A DNA stretch of 64,000 nt from NCBI GenBank assembly GCA_976226885.1, contig OZ320315.1, positions 50,468,001-50,532,000 on the forward strand, read 5' to 3'. The stretch is from Iphione sp. A-MEVVRFRX5. Taxonomy: Eukaryota. A program made the translations under genes and the position numbers. The notes below the pieces were generated by a model. The model did not search any database. It was not told where the DNA came from and worked only from the letters and a program-made list of their open reading frames with translations. Each line of letters opens with the position of its first letter. Position 1 is the first letter of the stretch. Shown here in pieces: positions 1 to 14,899 of this stretch.

Positions 1-549
1 ATGATATTATCTTCGTGTTTATCTATAAACCATCTGGTTTGTTTTTGCTACGAACGCACATTTAAAGTACCCATCGTAGCTTTTCTGTTTGTAGCTCTTC
101 GCTACATATGCATATAATACCGCAATTCAGCAGCATAAACGTTTGCTTTATGGTATCTGTTTCATACAATCTCCTTAGATATATTGTGCGATATGAAACA
201 ATAATGTTCTAAGAGATACACACCTTCTTAACCACAGAAATGTCTGCCCCGTTTCAGTACAGGTACCTTGGTCAACCCACGGATATGAAGGCCCATTTCT
301 AAAGCCAACGTCCTTACTTCCGATGCAGTGTTACCTGCTCTTCTGACCTTCCGTATTAATTGCTTTTAACATCAGAATATCAGTCGTTTAGGTCTGCAGT
401 GCGTAAACTATTGGGAAGAATCTTTGCAGTACTCCTATTAGCATCAACCTGTGAGAACCTTAAAATGTGTACTCGGTAAAAATGGTTCGTATCAGGCAAG
501 TCGTCTAGTGAAGTAGGGAGAGGAAACAAGGTAGGGAAGGTAAGCTGAC

Positions 550-920
550 TAGGCACATCTGGAGGCAGACCCATCACCATCTTCAAAGGATGCATCACCT
601 TTGTGGCCGAACTCATCGCACGACGGGACACCTATTTCCTGCACCATAATCAAGCCTTTTGGTCCGTGCGAGCTGCTCTTGACAGGGTTCCGTTGCATAC
701 CCCTCAATCGGGCCAAGTGAGACAGCTGGTCAAATACACCTTCGGGCCCAAGATGTGTCCATGGGCAAAAGAGGCCAAGGCTTCTGACTTCGGACACAAT
801 GTGCAGTACATCCAGGTCTGCAACCATAAGGCCAGGGCCATGTTTCCTCTGATGTGGTCGCTGCTTTTAAACCGGATCCTGGTCGCTGACATGGCAATCG
901 CACTGGGTTGCTCCAAGTGC
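550..920 (-). mobile_element. Possible very decayed LINE RT C-terminal region
   Basis: ALGATQCD, ILGPKVYLTSCLTW and LKMVMGLPPDVP in shifting frames loosely resemble LG.xD, P.L.Y...W and ILGLP..TP. Confidence 0.25.
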
Positions 921-3900
921 GCTTATCAAGCGCTCTGCCCTTTGGGTCCCTTTGATGTCTACTTGACGGAGAAAGCATCAACCCCCTTTCTTTAAAGATG
1001 ACTTTGCAGTCCAAGTAACCCTATACATGGACGCTCTAAGAATGTGAGCGAATGGCCAAGCAAATAAAATCAGGGAAACAACCAACACAGCAGGATAATA
1101 AGCAATTCTTGGTATTGTATGATGCTTTTTTACTGTAGCGAGCCTCTTGAAGCAACTGAGCGAATTCTTCATCTGTTAAGACATTAGGAAAAGCTACAGA
1201 CTGCCAATGCATTTTCATAAATGATTTAGATCTGGTTTTATTACTCCACCGTAGGTAATATTCAGAAAATGACAACAAGTACCCGTGTGCCTGGCAGGAA
1301 AGATTAGAATTTATGGCAGAAACAGCTCATTTTCTGTTACATATATATTTTCCAGCTCGAACTCATTTCATGGTTAGACCTCTGAAAATCTCGGTTTTAT
1401 CGCCCTAACACTTCCACTTCACACTGTCCTAGCGTCAGACGCATAGGCCTTCCCATGAAAACCAATTAATAGCCCATATTCGCTGGCGGTGGTGATAACG
1501 GATCTGAGAGGAAGTCTTGACGCATTTGCAGTGATGAGACAGTTGGTGTCTGATTGGTACCGTGTGATGCATAAAGGTTTGATGGCGTTGATGTTACAAG
1601 TGACAACGCCACAGACTCATGTCCAACACTTTCAGTAACGTGCGATCTAAATAGGGGAGGTTGAGGGATTGCAGTAATTCTGCATCATCACTTGGTAAAT
1701 CCACGTTTAAAGGTTTTCATGTATTAACGCACGACAGTCATATTTTGAATTGCATTTGTGTAATTTGACATGAATTTGTGTTTTCGTCGTTTTAATGGTT
1801 GTCCTCTTTTTTTTTGTGAAAGAACCCGCAATATATATCTTCTCGAAAGTTCTTTGGCCTGATCCCTTATTTTCGTTCATTGCTAACATACCATACGTGG
1901 GCATTCTCACGTTATGCTGTTATCATAATGTGTGGTTATCATTTGCCGGTCCGCACTTTAATATAAGGATTCTATCAAAATGAGGAACTCCTTGAAAGGG
2001 GGTGGGGGTCCCGTTGTATTTCCTGCTTGCTTGAAAATGGAAACCTGACTTCATTTGCTTTTGGGGCTTATGAGAGCGCTGATATTTGACGTTTGTCGGG
2101 GCTTAACCCTACCTGATAAATATCAAATTGTGTCTTGCACATGCCAATTTACTTTCGTTCGATCCTTGTTGTCGGTCCACACTGTTCAATTTAAGCTCTT
2201 GTATCGGATAACTCATTTTCCATTCCAGGAGCTCATATATTGTCCATCTACTGACAACTACATCCTTTAGTATCACGTTTTGTGCTGCTGTCGAGATGCT
2301 TTTTTCGTATTTACCAGCGCACCAGAAAGACCTGCCTCTTCCTATGTGATTCACTATCAAATGTAGATTTTTTGTGTGGAAGTTTTTCTCTGTAGCATCC
2401 TACCTTAGTTATAATACACTTAATCCTACAGAGTATTCACACATACGGACTAGACCTTCAAGTGTGGGTCTATTGGACACTATCTATTGCATTTCCAAAT
2501 AAGCTCATTCAGACACTGGAGAGAAAAATAGCGCGATCTCCTGAGACGGCAGTGGTTGAGTCTGCCCAGCGATGTGTCATCTCTCATATGCCCATGAATA
2601 ATAGATCGGCCGCGTTTATGACACCCTGCCGAAAAAAACAAGTCACGTTATCTAAGTGTGAATACTCATTTGGCCAGTGCGTTAATGAATTTGCATACTT
2701 TATCCCCTAAGGTGATGGGACACGGGGCCATAAAGCCTGCAAGCTGCCCCTGTAATGGGAGCATGAAGTACCGCCAATGGAGCGCCTTCTTCCATCACAA
2801 CCTAAAACAATTTCCATTAAAAAGTAATGTATTTCAAGCATTTTCCCTTAAAAGCTGAAAATAAAGCTTCATCGACCTTTGTCCGGTTTGAAAGAAGTGA
2901 AGCACTTCTGTCCTCATCTGACCAATACGACAAAGCCTGAAACCTTCAGTTATACTCCGTATAACATACGTAAGACATTATCAGTCGATCAGGGCGATGA
3001 TGCTCCATTCGAACTTACACTATGAATAAAGCTCTCAAATATGAATCTACCATTTACATGTCGGTTAACATTAAGTGTGTGGTGATATCGATTAGAATGG
3101 CACGTTAAACTACGCCTGTCATCTAGTCATGTACATTTATGTTTGATTCTGACATAATGCAGTTTTGGTTTAGGTTATTTGATTTCTACTTAGCATGACG
3201 TTGTGTTGTAAATGACGAAATTCTGGCGTTGTGCACACTCTGCTTATATGGGCATTGAGACACTGCGGCCACACACCGTACGGAGTAACTAATGTGACTA
3301 TCATATTTTGTAAATCTGCGATCATTTTCTAGGCACTATTCGTGGCATTTTCGTGACAGATACTGATTATTGGGCCTAGTACTGAGGCATAATACACTAG
3401 CCTTTCATTATTGACACAGACTGGGGCCCTTTAACTCCCATCCCTGGATGTTTGCACTGTGCTGTTGAGACTGAGCATCTGGGCAAAATGAGAAATCCAT
3501 ACTTTTTGTCACAGGAAGTTAGAGACAGTTTCCATTATCACCTTTGACAGTTTCTGGACAGCTCCAACAATTGGAAAAGTGGCCTGGAACGCCTGCGAAC
3601 TATACTTTTTAGCCAGTAAAAATTACCAGCAATCGTCCTCCCGAAGCTTTGGTTATAATTGTTGTCATTTAGCAATAACACACACTGGCCGTAACCATCA
3701 GCTACCATTAGTGCTAACAAATATCCGTTCCTGTGAAAGTTTCCCATAATTCTAGTTATACGATTGCACAGAGTAATTCAGATGCTCTAATGAACTTCAC
3801 CATGAGGACAATAAATTTTCCTTTCTCCTCTGTGACCACAAGCCACAAGGATACGATTTAATTGCTTTGGAGTCTCAAATAGCCACGGAGATGCAACCTA

Positions 3901-4419
3901 TCTGAATGATACCTGATATACGTGCAGCAGAACACAGTGACCTAGACCAGTAATGCAATCTAGTAGAGCCGATGGACGACAAGCCACAAGCCATATTGCC
4001 TCTGTTGTTCATGCGCAGAAGGTTGTTCTCTTGACAGCATTGCACCAAACGTTTGACAGCTAACAAGAAGGTCATTGGAAAGCCTAACATGCACATATTC
4101 TTTCTATGTGCTCTGCATAAATCTCACTGGAGAGAAATACGGTCGCCCAATAATAATGGGGAGATTTCCTTATTTTAATAGATTTAACCTTCGCTCGATC
4201 AGATACAGCACTAGAATACATTGCCTTCTTCAGTAAATGTCGGTGCTGGAATCCCTAGGCAACTGCCACTAGTTACTCCAGGAAGACCGGAATCTCTCCG
4301 GGAAGAAAATTTTGGCGCTCGTAATCACGGGTTGCAAATGAATTGATGAAATGTCGAGCAACTTATTTGATCCGTCGAATGTCCTCCTCTCCTGTCCAAA
4401 AGTCGGTTAATGATGTAGG

Positions 4420-4730
4420 AAGCCAGTAGGATGGGTGGAGTAATGGACCTGCAGATTTTCGTGCAGGCCTCAGCAGGTCTGAAGGCCCCTCGTTACCGAT
4501 GCACTGGTCATTAGTCAGGCAGTCAAGTGTATAGGCCGTGGATCGTGACCGGTAGAGGTTTCCTTCTTCACTGACCGGCAACGGCCGGTCTTTCCGGAAC
4601 GCAAGGCAGTATTTTGGCAAGAATCAGAAAGGGCAGATCGAGACACAGAATGTACTGAATACCTTCTCAAATAGGCAACCGAACTTTACAAAAGGATGGC
4701 CCTGATGGTGTGTGCATCGCGTAAAGTCGC
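4420..4730 (+). mobile_element. DIRS-like RNase H remnant
   Basis: One frame gives W (4432), LVTDA (TDA at 4495-4503) and ERKAVFW 34 codons later (4597); WCVHR follows in a shifted frame (4706-4720). Order and spacing match the DIRS pattern WW...TDAS...LEL.AV...W.WC. Confidence 0.45.
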
Positions 4731-6959
4731 GTCGGTAAAAATGTACTCTTCCATATATCCACACATTCGATTTAGAAGTGAATAGACAGGTCTACACACG
4801 TATAGGAATTTTTTGTTGCATCATATATGGATTAATTCTCTTCGTAGCCAGTTTTTCGGAAGGTGGTTAGCAAGTTGAAATATAGAAAACAATTACGCAC
4901 GTTCGGGTCTCGCATGGAACCCCCATATGGAGAGTTTTGACCGCGAAGTTTTGCGTATACATACTAACCTACACATTAACAGTTAATAAACAATTAAATC
5001 CGACCAAGCACAATGAATGAAATAGTGAATCACATTCAGGGGATATCGATCGATTTGTAGGTTGCATGCCTTCTTGGAAGCAAATGACATACATGTGCAT
5101 GGACCAGTTGACTATTACTGAAGTCCTGGGCTCAAACTCGCAGATTTGGACCGACACACTTCAGCATCTGATAACTCCATCCGGCAAAGAATCACCTAGA
5201 CCCATGTGTAGACTTAAACTGTTGAACTCTCGCAGATTGCAGTTGGTACCTTCCTTTACATAGTTATAGTGCCAAGTGAAAATCACAGCACTTTGTATAG
5301 ATCAATCCAATTAATTTTTTCGGAGTTAATATTTCCTTTCCCCACATTCGATATTTCTTTTATTAAACATAACTAAGACTTTGTTCCCGATAAAAATATG
5401 AATCACAGCCGGACAATTGTTCCTTCGACTCTTAAAGACACCTAGCTGTGGGCATTTGGGTTTATGTCTACATTTTCTTGAAGCAGTTGGCCTGTCTTTG
5501 ATTACCTCGCTCATCTGGGAAGGAACTAACAAAATGAAAGTCGTTTTCATGGGTAAACGTAATTCTTAATTCTTGGATCAGAGTGGAGGGGTTTAATTTC
5601 CTGTTGTCGTGGCGACGTCTCCTTTTTAGAATCCAATTCCGGAGCCAATACTGGCAGAGCGACAGAGGAGCCACCGTGAGGATTAATGCCTTTTTGCATA
5701 TCGCGTTCACTTTCAAGAGATAGAGAGACTGGGAGCGCGGGAAAGGGCATTAGCATGAAAAAAGAGAATCTGCCATAGAGAAAATGGTGGGGTATAAAAG
5801 GGAGGATAAAAGCAGCAGCATATGAAGAGAGTAACGGAACATGCGCAAATACTCATAGGTATGCAAGTAGGAAATTCAAGAACATGAAAAACTACGATCG
5901 GGAGAATGATAAATCCAGCCAGATGACATAGATGCAAATTTTATCATAAAAGACAGAGCCACAATACCTTAGGCAAGCCATGCATATGAAGGCCTAGAAT
6001 TAAAGTTGGTTGTATGTTGCGTTGAAAGGACATGATGAGAAGAACGGCAGTCTTGGCATGTGGAAGGATTATTTGCGTACGGTTTCTATTTTAGTTGATG
6101 TCATCGCATGGCAGCAAGGGTCATTGCGGACACTATTTTGCATCTTGCTGTCATTCATTATCACAAAGAAAAACAAATAGTCTGGCACTGGTATTTGCAC
6201 TCTTTGGTAATTTCCTCATCGCTCCATCCGGCTGTATGTTTGCCTTCCGTCTGGTAACACGATCAATTTTCCTTTGTTTGATTTGATGATCGAATTCTCC
6301 CCACTGTCTATATGTCCGTGTACTCGTGTCCATATGTAGAGGCAACAGAATGTCCGTTTGCATGTGGTTATGAAGTAAAAGTCGACCATTCTCTCTAAAC
6401 AGTGTTACCAATACACAGAACCTGGGACAGTCGTATGTCAGTAGGCCTTTCACTCATTCCATCAGTCTCACACAATGTTTGTTTTCTTCCCCACAATTTC
6501 ACTTACCCTACATTCTATAAAACGCCTCTGGGATTGTACCTATTTATGTTCAAATGCTCACAAAAATCCATTCGTGATCACGTTTATTTCTGAACGTCAT
6601 TGGGATACTTTTGCGGCGTTGATAATATGAGTTGCCTACACTAGTATATTGCTCTCCCTAAATAGCTTCATGAACAGGGTTGTGCCATTATCAAGAAACG
6701 GGCAAGATGAAACGAGGAAAGTGGAGCAATTTCCAATCTTAAGTACGTTTGCGCTCCTCGCATTTTCATTTGCATGGGGCCATTTTGGAAGGCAGTGGCA
6801 GTTGTTAGCTAGGAAGCGTGTCTATTGCATTTGTATGGACGTCGGTTATTGCCTGGACAACACCATCAAATAGTGGAAACGTATGTATATTTGATAACGT
6901 TTCAACCAGACAGTGGTCCCCGAAGTTTCATTTCAATTACCGACCGGACGGACCTGCCC

Positions 6960-7320
6960 TCATCTATCTCCATTCCACGACTGACAATGCTGACTCTTCG
7001 CCTCGCCAAACTGCCCTCTGGCGGAGACCCAGGCCAGGCCAGGCGTCAAAGGTCCTGGTATAGTCGATAAACAAAGTCACACCGGAGCGGAGCGGGCGAG
7101 TACCGGGCGCCATGAGTGTGACGCTCGGGAACGGCATGCACTCAGCATCCATTGGTATGAGGTGCTCGGAGCAGGTCAGCGAGTCCCCAGTTGAAGTGAG
7201 CTGCTCTCAGGCGGACTGGGAGCAGGTGGTTGGCTGGCCTCCCGCGTCTTCTATAGCGGCGGAGTACACTTACAGAGCTAAAGGTTTAGTCATGCGAGCC
7301 GAAACTACGTGCACTCCTTT
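6960..7320 (+). mobile_element. DIRS-like RNase H end plus downstream methyltransferase-like region remnant
   Basis: TTDN (6977-6988), RVPG (7097-7108) and DWEQVVGWPPASSI (from 7214) resemble DN, HIPG and W....FPP.SLI. Confidence 0.35.
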
Positions 7321-8382
7321 GACTACATGATTACCTTTGACGAGGACTTACTGTTAGAAGCTAAGATCTATTTCCACAGCAATTATATTAGGGGCAGTAA
7401 GCACTACGAGTCGCCGTTGAATATTAAACAGTTCTGAGAATCAAAGAAAAAAAAAGAACTTAAATGCGAAACCCTCTGTGCCGCCATAGATCTCTCGATA
7501 AAGGGCCGCCCACTTTCTCTAATTGCCTGGTTTGCAATTAAAAGGTCCTAGCGACTTTTTAGTAAAGCGCTGAGGTTAAATTGTAAAGATCAATAAACTT
7601 TTCCACCATTTATGCCTCCGAGTCCATTAGAGTGATTGCTTTCATCGCCATTATAGACATGTCACCTGACGGCGATTGTGACGAATATGCAACCACGTAT
7701 GATAGCCAGACCACAGTTTACATCCTGTTTGCTCCGATCGTCTTTCATCGGATGCACACGGCGGTGACGAAATCTGCACACGCTACATAACTAAACGCTA
7801 AAAAATATCACATTCTTCCAAAACATTTTCTTTTTTTGCGGGGGTGGAGGCAGACAGGAAGCAACCCATACCAGTGTGTGGTCGCAGCGCGGTTACACAC
7901 CGTACCTATTTCGTATACATGTACACGTATATTTCGTATACATGTACATGTATATCTATTGCTCAGGGGGAAACATAATATAAAAGATAATGTCTTCATT
8001 CTCAGCTTAATTTATGAATAGACTGTATGCAACACATATCGCGAAATCTACGAAGGCAGATTGAATACTACACCCAAATCGACACCATGAAACGTAACTA
8101 TAAATACCATTCCAGTTCCTTCTTGCAAACACTAGAAATACTTCTCCATATGAAAATTCCCTAAACACCGTTTTAATATGAAGATGGTTCCTAGTTGGAA
8201 CTATCTTCAAGTATACGAAAGGCAAGACAATACTGTGCTATTTTCGCTGTCCTATTTTCGATTCCTTCCGTCATCTCGCTGTCACATGTAGATCCTCAAA
8301 TAAGACATGTAGAGGCGTCATCTTACAGCAGTCTCTGAATAAAGAATGTGCAATCCCAGACCTGAAATCTGCTCACACCCGA

Positions 8383-8700
8383 CTATTCAAATTCCGGGCC
8401 CTCCACCCCAGCACATCGAACCGCCTGCAAAGGTCGCTGCCCCTGCCCGCGGCCACCTGAGGGAGCCTCCTGTCCTACCATTCCTCCCACCCCAGCCCGG
8501 CTCCTCATAATCATCTCCTTATTGTCTTTTATGATGCATCCAGAGGTGCCCCTGAGGCTACGCACCGGCCGGGGTGCCGGCGCCCAAACTGCGTTGTGAT
8601 ACCTGAAATCCATGGCCAGCGTTCATGATGAGCGCGTCGCCAGACGGAAATGGGCGGGGCGGGAAGGTGCACGGATCAGCCAGCCCCGCTTATTGTCTTC
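8383..8700 (-). mobile_element. DIRS-like RNase H remnant
   Basis: DNKRGW, then CIIKDNKEMI...GG and LQAVRCAGVE in ORF 8383-8613, resembling DAS..GW, V.I.DN...GG and L.A.H.PG. Confidence 0.35.
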
Positions 8701-11700
8701 TCGGGTCTTTACGAGTTTATACGGCCCGCTTTATGGTGGAATTATGGTCAATTGGGGAAGTTTGTTTCCTCTGCACTGGTGCTATCTGCCTCGAAGCGAG
8801 ATAATCATTGGGCGGCAGGTTTCCCTGCTTCCTTTTTAAGACTACCCCTGATCACTAAGTAGGAGCCAATGGCCTATAAAAGTCGTATTGGTTGAGTACA
8901 GCCTGCCTGCTGCGGGTTTTCACTTATGTCCCCATTGTTAGATATAGCTGCCAGTTTGATAGCCGACTAATTTGAGGGTACATAGTTCTAATTAGAAATT
9001 CGTTTAAGTAATAATTTATATAAATCACTTCCATGATTTCTCCCCTCATTTATTAACCACTGTTTTATCATGTCTGTATATACCCATCTCCTCCTCTTTA
9101 TAGCATCATACTAAGAGGTGGAACAGTCTCATCTTTCTGTTGTCATGTAAAAGCATGACGAAGATATCACCTGTATATGTATTAGAATTCAGGTTGATAA
9201 AGTTATAAGAGTGCTGTGTCATGCATTCACATATGTCTTTTACTGAAGACAATAGTGCATTAGAACTTAAGCAGATGTGGGTACATATGCTGCACTATTG
9301 CACTGTAGTCAGACGTGACAAGATCGATCAGTCGATTTGTCAGATACTTTTGAGATTTGGAAGCCAACAGGAGTATTTTGACTCGATGTTTATATACATG
9401 TTCCAATTGTTTCAAATTATTCAATGCCTGGAATATGGAGAGACTTAGAATAATATTATGTAAGAATTTTTTGGTAAAAAGTTGAAATGTTCTAGGGCCA
9501 CAACCAGCCATTTCTCTGCCCATCATCAGTTTTTGATGATGGGGTCAGCACTGAAGATAGGTCGACGCACTTCACATAGCCCTGTTGTAATTAGTTTGGC
9601 ATTTTATTGTGTCTTAGCCGTCTCTTTTACTCGTTTTACTTTAGAATATATGAGAGGATAAAGATTCAGCACCTTTATTATAATCATACTGTAAAGTGGA
9701 TCAACAAAGTTGTTGTAAACACCAAGATTGCACGTTCCAAGACTATTTAGTTCCTTCCAAACCAGTGATTTTACACCCTATCTAAGAGATATTCTACCAA
9801 TCACAAGTCTAGCTCAGTTTGTAAACCAATCAGAAAATATTTCTACATTCTGCTATAATGTATTATTTGAACAGAATCATTTCAGCCAATCAAATCACAC
9901 ATTCCAATAAAAGACACAAAGTAACAAGATTTAGAACACCTGGTAACCACAGGTGCTTCTCTCCATATTATGGGGGGATCTGTAAATAACGAATCAGAGA
10001 ACTCTTACCAAATGAGGAGGGTAGGGTGATCCCCCACTGACCAATAACAATAGATCAACACAGGTAGTAGTAATTTCCATGAGGTCACACAGTTGTCCTG
10101 ATTGACCCCACATTTTGGCCTATGAAACAGTTGCATTGTCATATGTCCTCACTGACCCTAGATTTCAGGCCGTTTTGCACTCATTGACTCTAAATAGTAA
10201 TTGTGCTTATTTACTCTAGATTTCAAGCTATTCTGTATTCATTGGCCCGAGGCTTTAGCCTACAATACTTTTCCTTTTTTCTGCGACTGTGGAGATTCAA
10301 ATTAAGTACATCTATAGAAACCATGTTCAGTAGCAACACCTTGTATGGGCAATTCAACTAGAACAGCAACTCACAATTAAGACCAACTCTTGCTCTTCCC
10401 AATAGTACGTGTTTAAAATAAGTAAGTAACACATTTTCCTGGTTTCCATATCTGCATTGATCTATGGAGACATGCAAATGTACATCCCAGATTGGTCCAC
10501 AACTTGTAAAAAGACCATGGGTGTATAGGATTCTGTCCCCTATGCACAAAAAGATCCCAGAAACCTATTTGAAATACAAGTAGGGGACAATCCTGGGTAT
10601 TCTGGTCTCTCAATTCTCAATAATAGACACTAGTATGCTACCCCAGGAGGATATGGAAGAGCCCTGTCATATGATAGGTAAATATCTAGTTCCTGGTAAA
10701 AGATACAATGAAATGAAACTGGCCTATGTTTTTATTGACCATGGTCAATTCATTGAGGGGTCTGTTACCATACATGGGCATGTGTATCTGGATGCATGTT
10801 TTACCTGCCTGTTATTGGACATTATCTGATAATTTTTATACAATGCATGCCAACGCATGAATAGGATACAGAGCATATCCTTTGTAGCAGGCAAGAATGT
10901 CTCTCACATAAGTTAGATTCAGTATTAATATAATTACTACATATTACTGCACATTTCTGCACGTTTGCAGGTTTTAGGATGTTTTTCGTCAAATTTGCAC
11001 GTCTTCTGGCATTTTAACTTCAAATTCCCCACAAATTTACAGAATGTTTTTCTCAAATCATCAGGTTGGGGACGTTTTTACATCAGATTTGCAGAATTTA
11101 GAATGTATTAACATCATATTCACTGCTTTTACATCATTATTTACATCATATACCAATGTTCACAGATATTCTTAGCCTTTAAAATGCAAAGCTACAAAAG
11201 GTTACACAACTCAACCAAATCCTAGCCCAATGGACACGTGTATGTGACTCCGGGATAATTTTCATGCATAGCAGCACACATGTACCACTCACGCATGTGT
11301 CGAGAGACCATTGCAGATATGGAAAGCTGAGATAAGGGCAGAATTGACTTCAGTAGTCAAATAAGAGGGTTCCACTCTATTTGCCTCATTAATACATTAG
11401 TATATAGGTCATTAGTGAAATGACACTTTATCCTGAGAATTTATTACAGCTGCTCTAAAGCGTACTCAGGCGCGGCAACTAAGAAATGGTCTTGAGGAGA
11501 CATGAATGAATATTCCCATATTAGGGTCGTAAGCTCGGGAAACAAAAAGCTAATGAGCTGAACACATATGCGCATCGTTTCCGAGAGTTTTACTGTTGAG
11601 GCGGACGATGCGGGATAAAAGCATTCGGTCCGCTCAGTATATTATTCTGTGCAAATAAGATCATCATTGAGACCAATGTTTCCTGTGGAGAATTAATTCC

Positions 11701-11929
11701 CAATGTCCTTTCCAGCTCAGCCTTTGCTTTGATTAGATGCATAATGGATTAGGCTGTAGACTCCCCGTTGTCCTGATAAAGGGTAAATAAAATGACAAAG
11801 ACTTTAATGGGCCGCGACCAACTCTTCACCCCAACGATCCTTGCAGGCTGATTTGGCAAAGCTCCAAGTATTGGGTTTAATTTGCATAACTGTATAACTC
11901 ACAGGCTAGGTTAGCTGAGGGAGCCCCCC

Positions 11930-12230
11930 CTCGATCTAACACTTGTTACACGATCCTCACCCCAACCTTCAACATTGCGTCCAATCTCATCCGAAGCCAT
12001 TTCTCCCGCTCATGCAACGCATCCGCAGCCTCCGGAGACGAGCGAGCGGCGGTCTCCTGAGCACGACCAGGCGTCCCTGCAGGTGATGGATCACTCCACT
12101 GTTGGTGATCCATCCGGACTACTCATTATGATCCCCGAGGGCTTCGGGCGAGATTCACAGTCATACTAATCCTCCAGCGTTGATTAGAACTGTCACCACG
12201 GTCCATGCCCCAGCACTGGCAATGCTAAGT
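11930..12230 (-). mobile_element. DIRS-like RNase H remnant
   Basis: HGPW (12196-12207), IN/LE across a frameshift (12172-12184) and LDAMLKVGVRIV*QVLDR (11932-11985) resemble G.W, IN.LE and L.A.H..G..NV.AD.LSR. Confidence 0.45.
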
Positions 12231-13066
12231 GCACCACGCCTAGGGCTGACACTGTATGTAAATGCCGCGTCATTTTAAATAGCACCCTAGATTCCTTATC
12301 TGGAATATTAGGGAGGACCGCCAGGCCTGTGTTATTAGACTCGATGTCAAGCTACTTTGCGACAGCCGCGATAAATTTAATTTTCTGAGAAGTAGCTAGT
12401 CTTATCAAACCGTGCTGCTTCTGCAATGCGGTTTGACGACCTCCTAATCACACGGAACTATGCAGGGCGCTGCCAGCACAGAGCAAGGGTGCTTCCGTTC
12501 TCATCACCACGGCCGAGAAAAAGAAGAAATGTTGATTGATTACACACAAAAATCGAAAGGCAATTCATGGCATTAGAGAGCGCGCCTTTTCTGCCGCGAC
12601 GGCTCGCGACAATAGGTCTTTGTGGTGTCCTCGCCTGAATAGGAATAATTTCTCAAGTTTGTTCAAGTATTTGCTTTCATCATGGCTCCGTGATGGATTA
12701 GGCAAAACAAGAGAAGCCAAGACGACATAATTTGGTTATAGTTTGATCATCAGTTTCATGAAGACTGCCTCGATGATTGATGGAAACCAGGCCTAGAAGA
12801 CAGGGCAATCCATGAAAGATTAGTCCTATTATTTTATGCAGATACTTAAGAAAACATGGTAATTGATTCCGAGATTGCCATTCTAAGGGTGACGATATCG
12901 GATGACTTTCTTGGCTGAGTGTTGAGGAATATTGTTTTCGTTCCGGTGACTTGTGACGGGGCGGAGAACACATCTTTTTCCTCTAGAGATTCATATGATA
13001 TCGAACTAGGAGGCATATCCTACTGGTCCCAAAGCAAATAAACTCAACGATATTTGCAACACAGGC

Positions 13067-13074
13067 CTCTCTCT

Positions 13075-13119
<45 letters not shown>
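13067..13119 (+). repeat. (CT)n microsatellite
   Basis: CT run with one ATT interruption. Confidence 0.98.
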
Positions 13120-13122
<3 letters not shown>

Positions 13123-14146
13123 TTGTTGCACTCTGATGCAAAACAGCGACCAAGATGCTGCTCGTAGAAAGCTGCATGTCACTGCTCTCTATCTGTGGTC
13201 TCTCCTCAATGGCGCCCGGGAACAGTGACCCCGACAGCATTAGGACCGAAAGCCTTTTGATTCTTTGATCGCTTTGAGGGTTTTTAGAAGATCTGACAGA
13301 CAGAATTTTATATCGATCCTCAACTCTGCCTAGATCAAGGTTAAAGTTTGCACAGAGGTGAGGCATTTTCCTGTTTGTCTTTAACCGCCATCTTGTTATG
13401 ATCCTGACACCCTATTCTGTTGGATGTAAACTTTTATCTTACTCTTCAATCACTCCCGCAAACATGGTTTGAATGGATATGAAGGTAGCAGTAGAAAGAT
13501 AAAAATAAGCTTATGTTAAATCACTCGGGAACAATATATTTAATTAAATTTTAGATCATTAGGATAGAAGAAACACCGAACATTTTGGTCGATACTTGGT
13601 CGACATTTCAGTATACCGAATACACATTTTTGTTGATGCAGTCCTCGGCTGGAGGTCTCTGAACATTGGAAGTCTACCAGCTGTTTCCATGCAGATATGG
13701 TCTTCGGTAAGGGGAATATATATGTACGTCCTGAGTATTATTGCATAAATATGATTACATATGAGATACATACACCAGGGACCCATTTCAAGATTGGAAC
13801 TTTTTTGGGGTCGCATTTGCGGTCGTGTTTGCGGAGAGAGCAAGGCGTCTCCGTCGGGACTTAATAATATTCTGTCGGTTTTCGGTTGGACAAAAATACA
13901 TACTAGGCAGCCGTACACTCGAATTCCCGTCAACGGTCTCCTAGTGACCGTCTTGCGTTTCCGGCGTAGGAACGCTTTCCTTTGGGCAATCACCGGTTTT
14001 CCCCTTCAAAAATATCTTTTTTATTTCTTAAGCGAGCCTCCGGGAAAAAATGATGGCACCAAAATAACCAGTTTGCTGAGGCAGTAATGTGAATTCCCAA
14101 GATGGTGATTGGCGTTCAGCAGGAGCCGGCAAATGGACTATAGTGT

Positions 14147-14335
14147 TTACGACGTGAAAGGAGCCGGAGCATTTAAAGATTCAGTCGTGCCGTTTGAGTA
14201 GGAGTTGCTGTTCCTGTAACAAATGATGACCACTGAGTTGGTGCCGACCGTTAACGCACTTTTAAAAGCCCCGAGGTCAGTCTGCGGCTGCTGGTTTGTC
14301 AATAATGTAAACGACACCTTTGAGGCATCAGACAT
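14147..14335 (-). mobile_element. DIRS-like RNase H remnant
   Basis: ORF MSDASKVSF...LGAFKSAL...VVIICYRNSNSY resembles SDAS..G, L.A...AL and V.I..DN....Y, with compressed spacing. Confidence 0.35.
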
Positions 14336-14899
14336 GTAGCATTTTGGAACGCTCTAGAGACATCAATTGCAGATAGCTCTCTTTTGAAAATTGGGGATAT
14401 TCACTGTCAAGGTGTCAAGCATATGTGAGTAGATGCTAACGGTGTTTGTTAATTAGCTGATCCTATCCATTTTTCTATAGTTTTAAGGAATGTCTGGTTC
14501 TCATTCCTTGTGTTCACTCTGCAAGAAGGAAGTTTGCATGAAGGTTTATTCACTGAAGACTGCTTAGCACAGTTAATCGAACCAGTGGAGACCTTGACTA
14601 CAGAACCCCCTAAACAGCACTCCAAAGCCCCCAGCATAGGTAGTCAGCATTCATTGTGTATAATCATAACAACATACGAGCCTGTGTCGGCTCACGAGAA
14701 AAGACCTTCATTTTTGCTATAGTCCTGTGAGACGTTTTGGCGGCGATTGACGTCAAATAATTACCTTCATGCCGCCCTCTATTGTAGTCTTAATCATAAT
14801 GCCTCAGGGAGAAAAAAGCTGTATTGCATAGGGACCGACATCGGCCAATTCCATTACTCACCTGCTTCCATGGGACACCCGCGGTGAGCATCTGTGAGC

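Noticed and set aside
5326-5716. Harbinger transposase N-terminus-like WLRNWILKRR...LIQELR
   Set aside because: No downstream FRM, LA.TL or DDE motifs are visible.
12240-12290. Tiny hAT-like unit TAGGGCTG...GCACCCTA
   Set aside because: The TIR match is only about 5-6 bp and there is no 8-bp target-site duplication.
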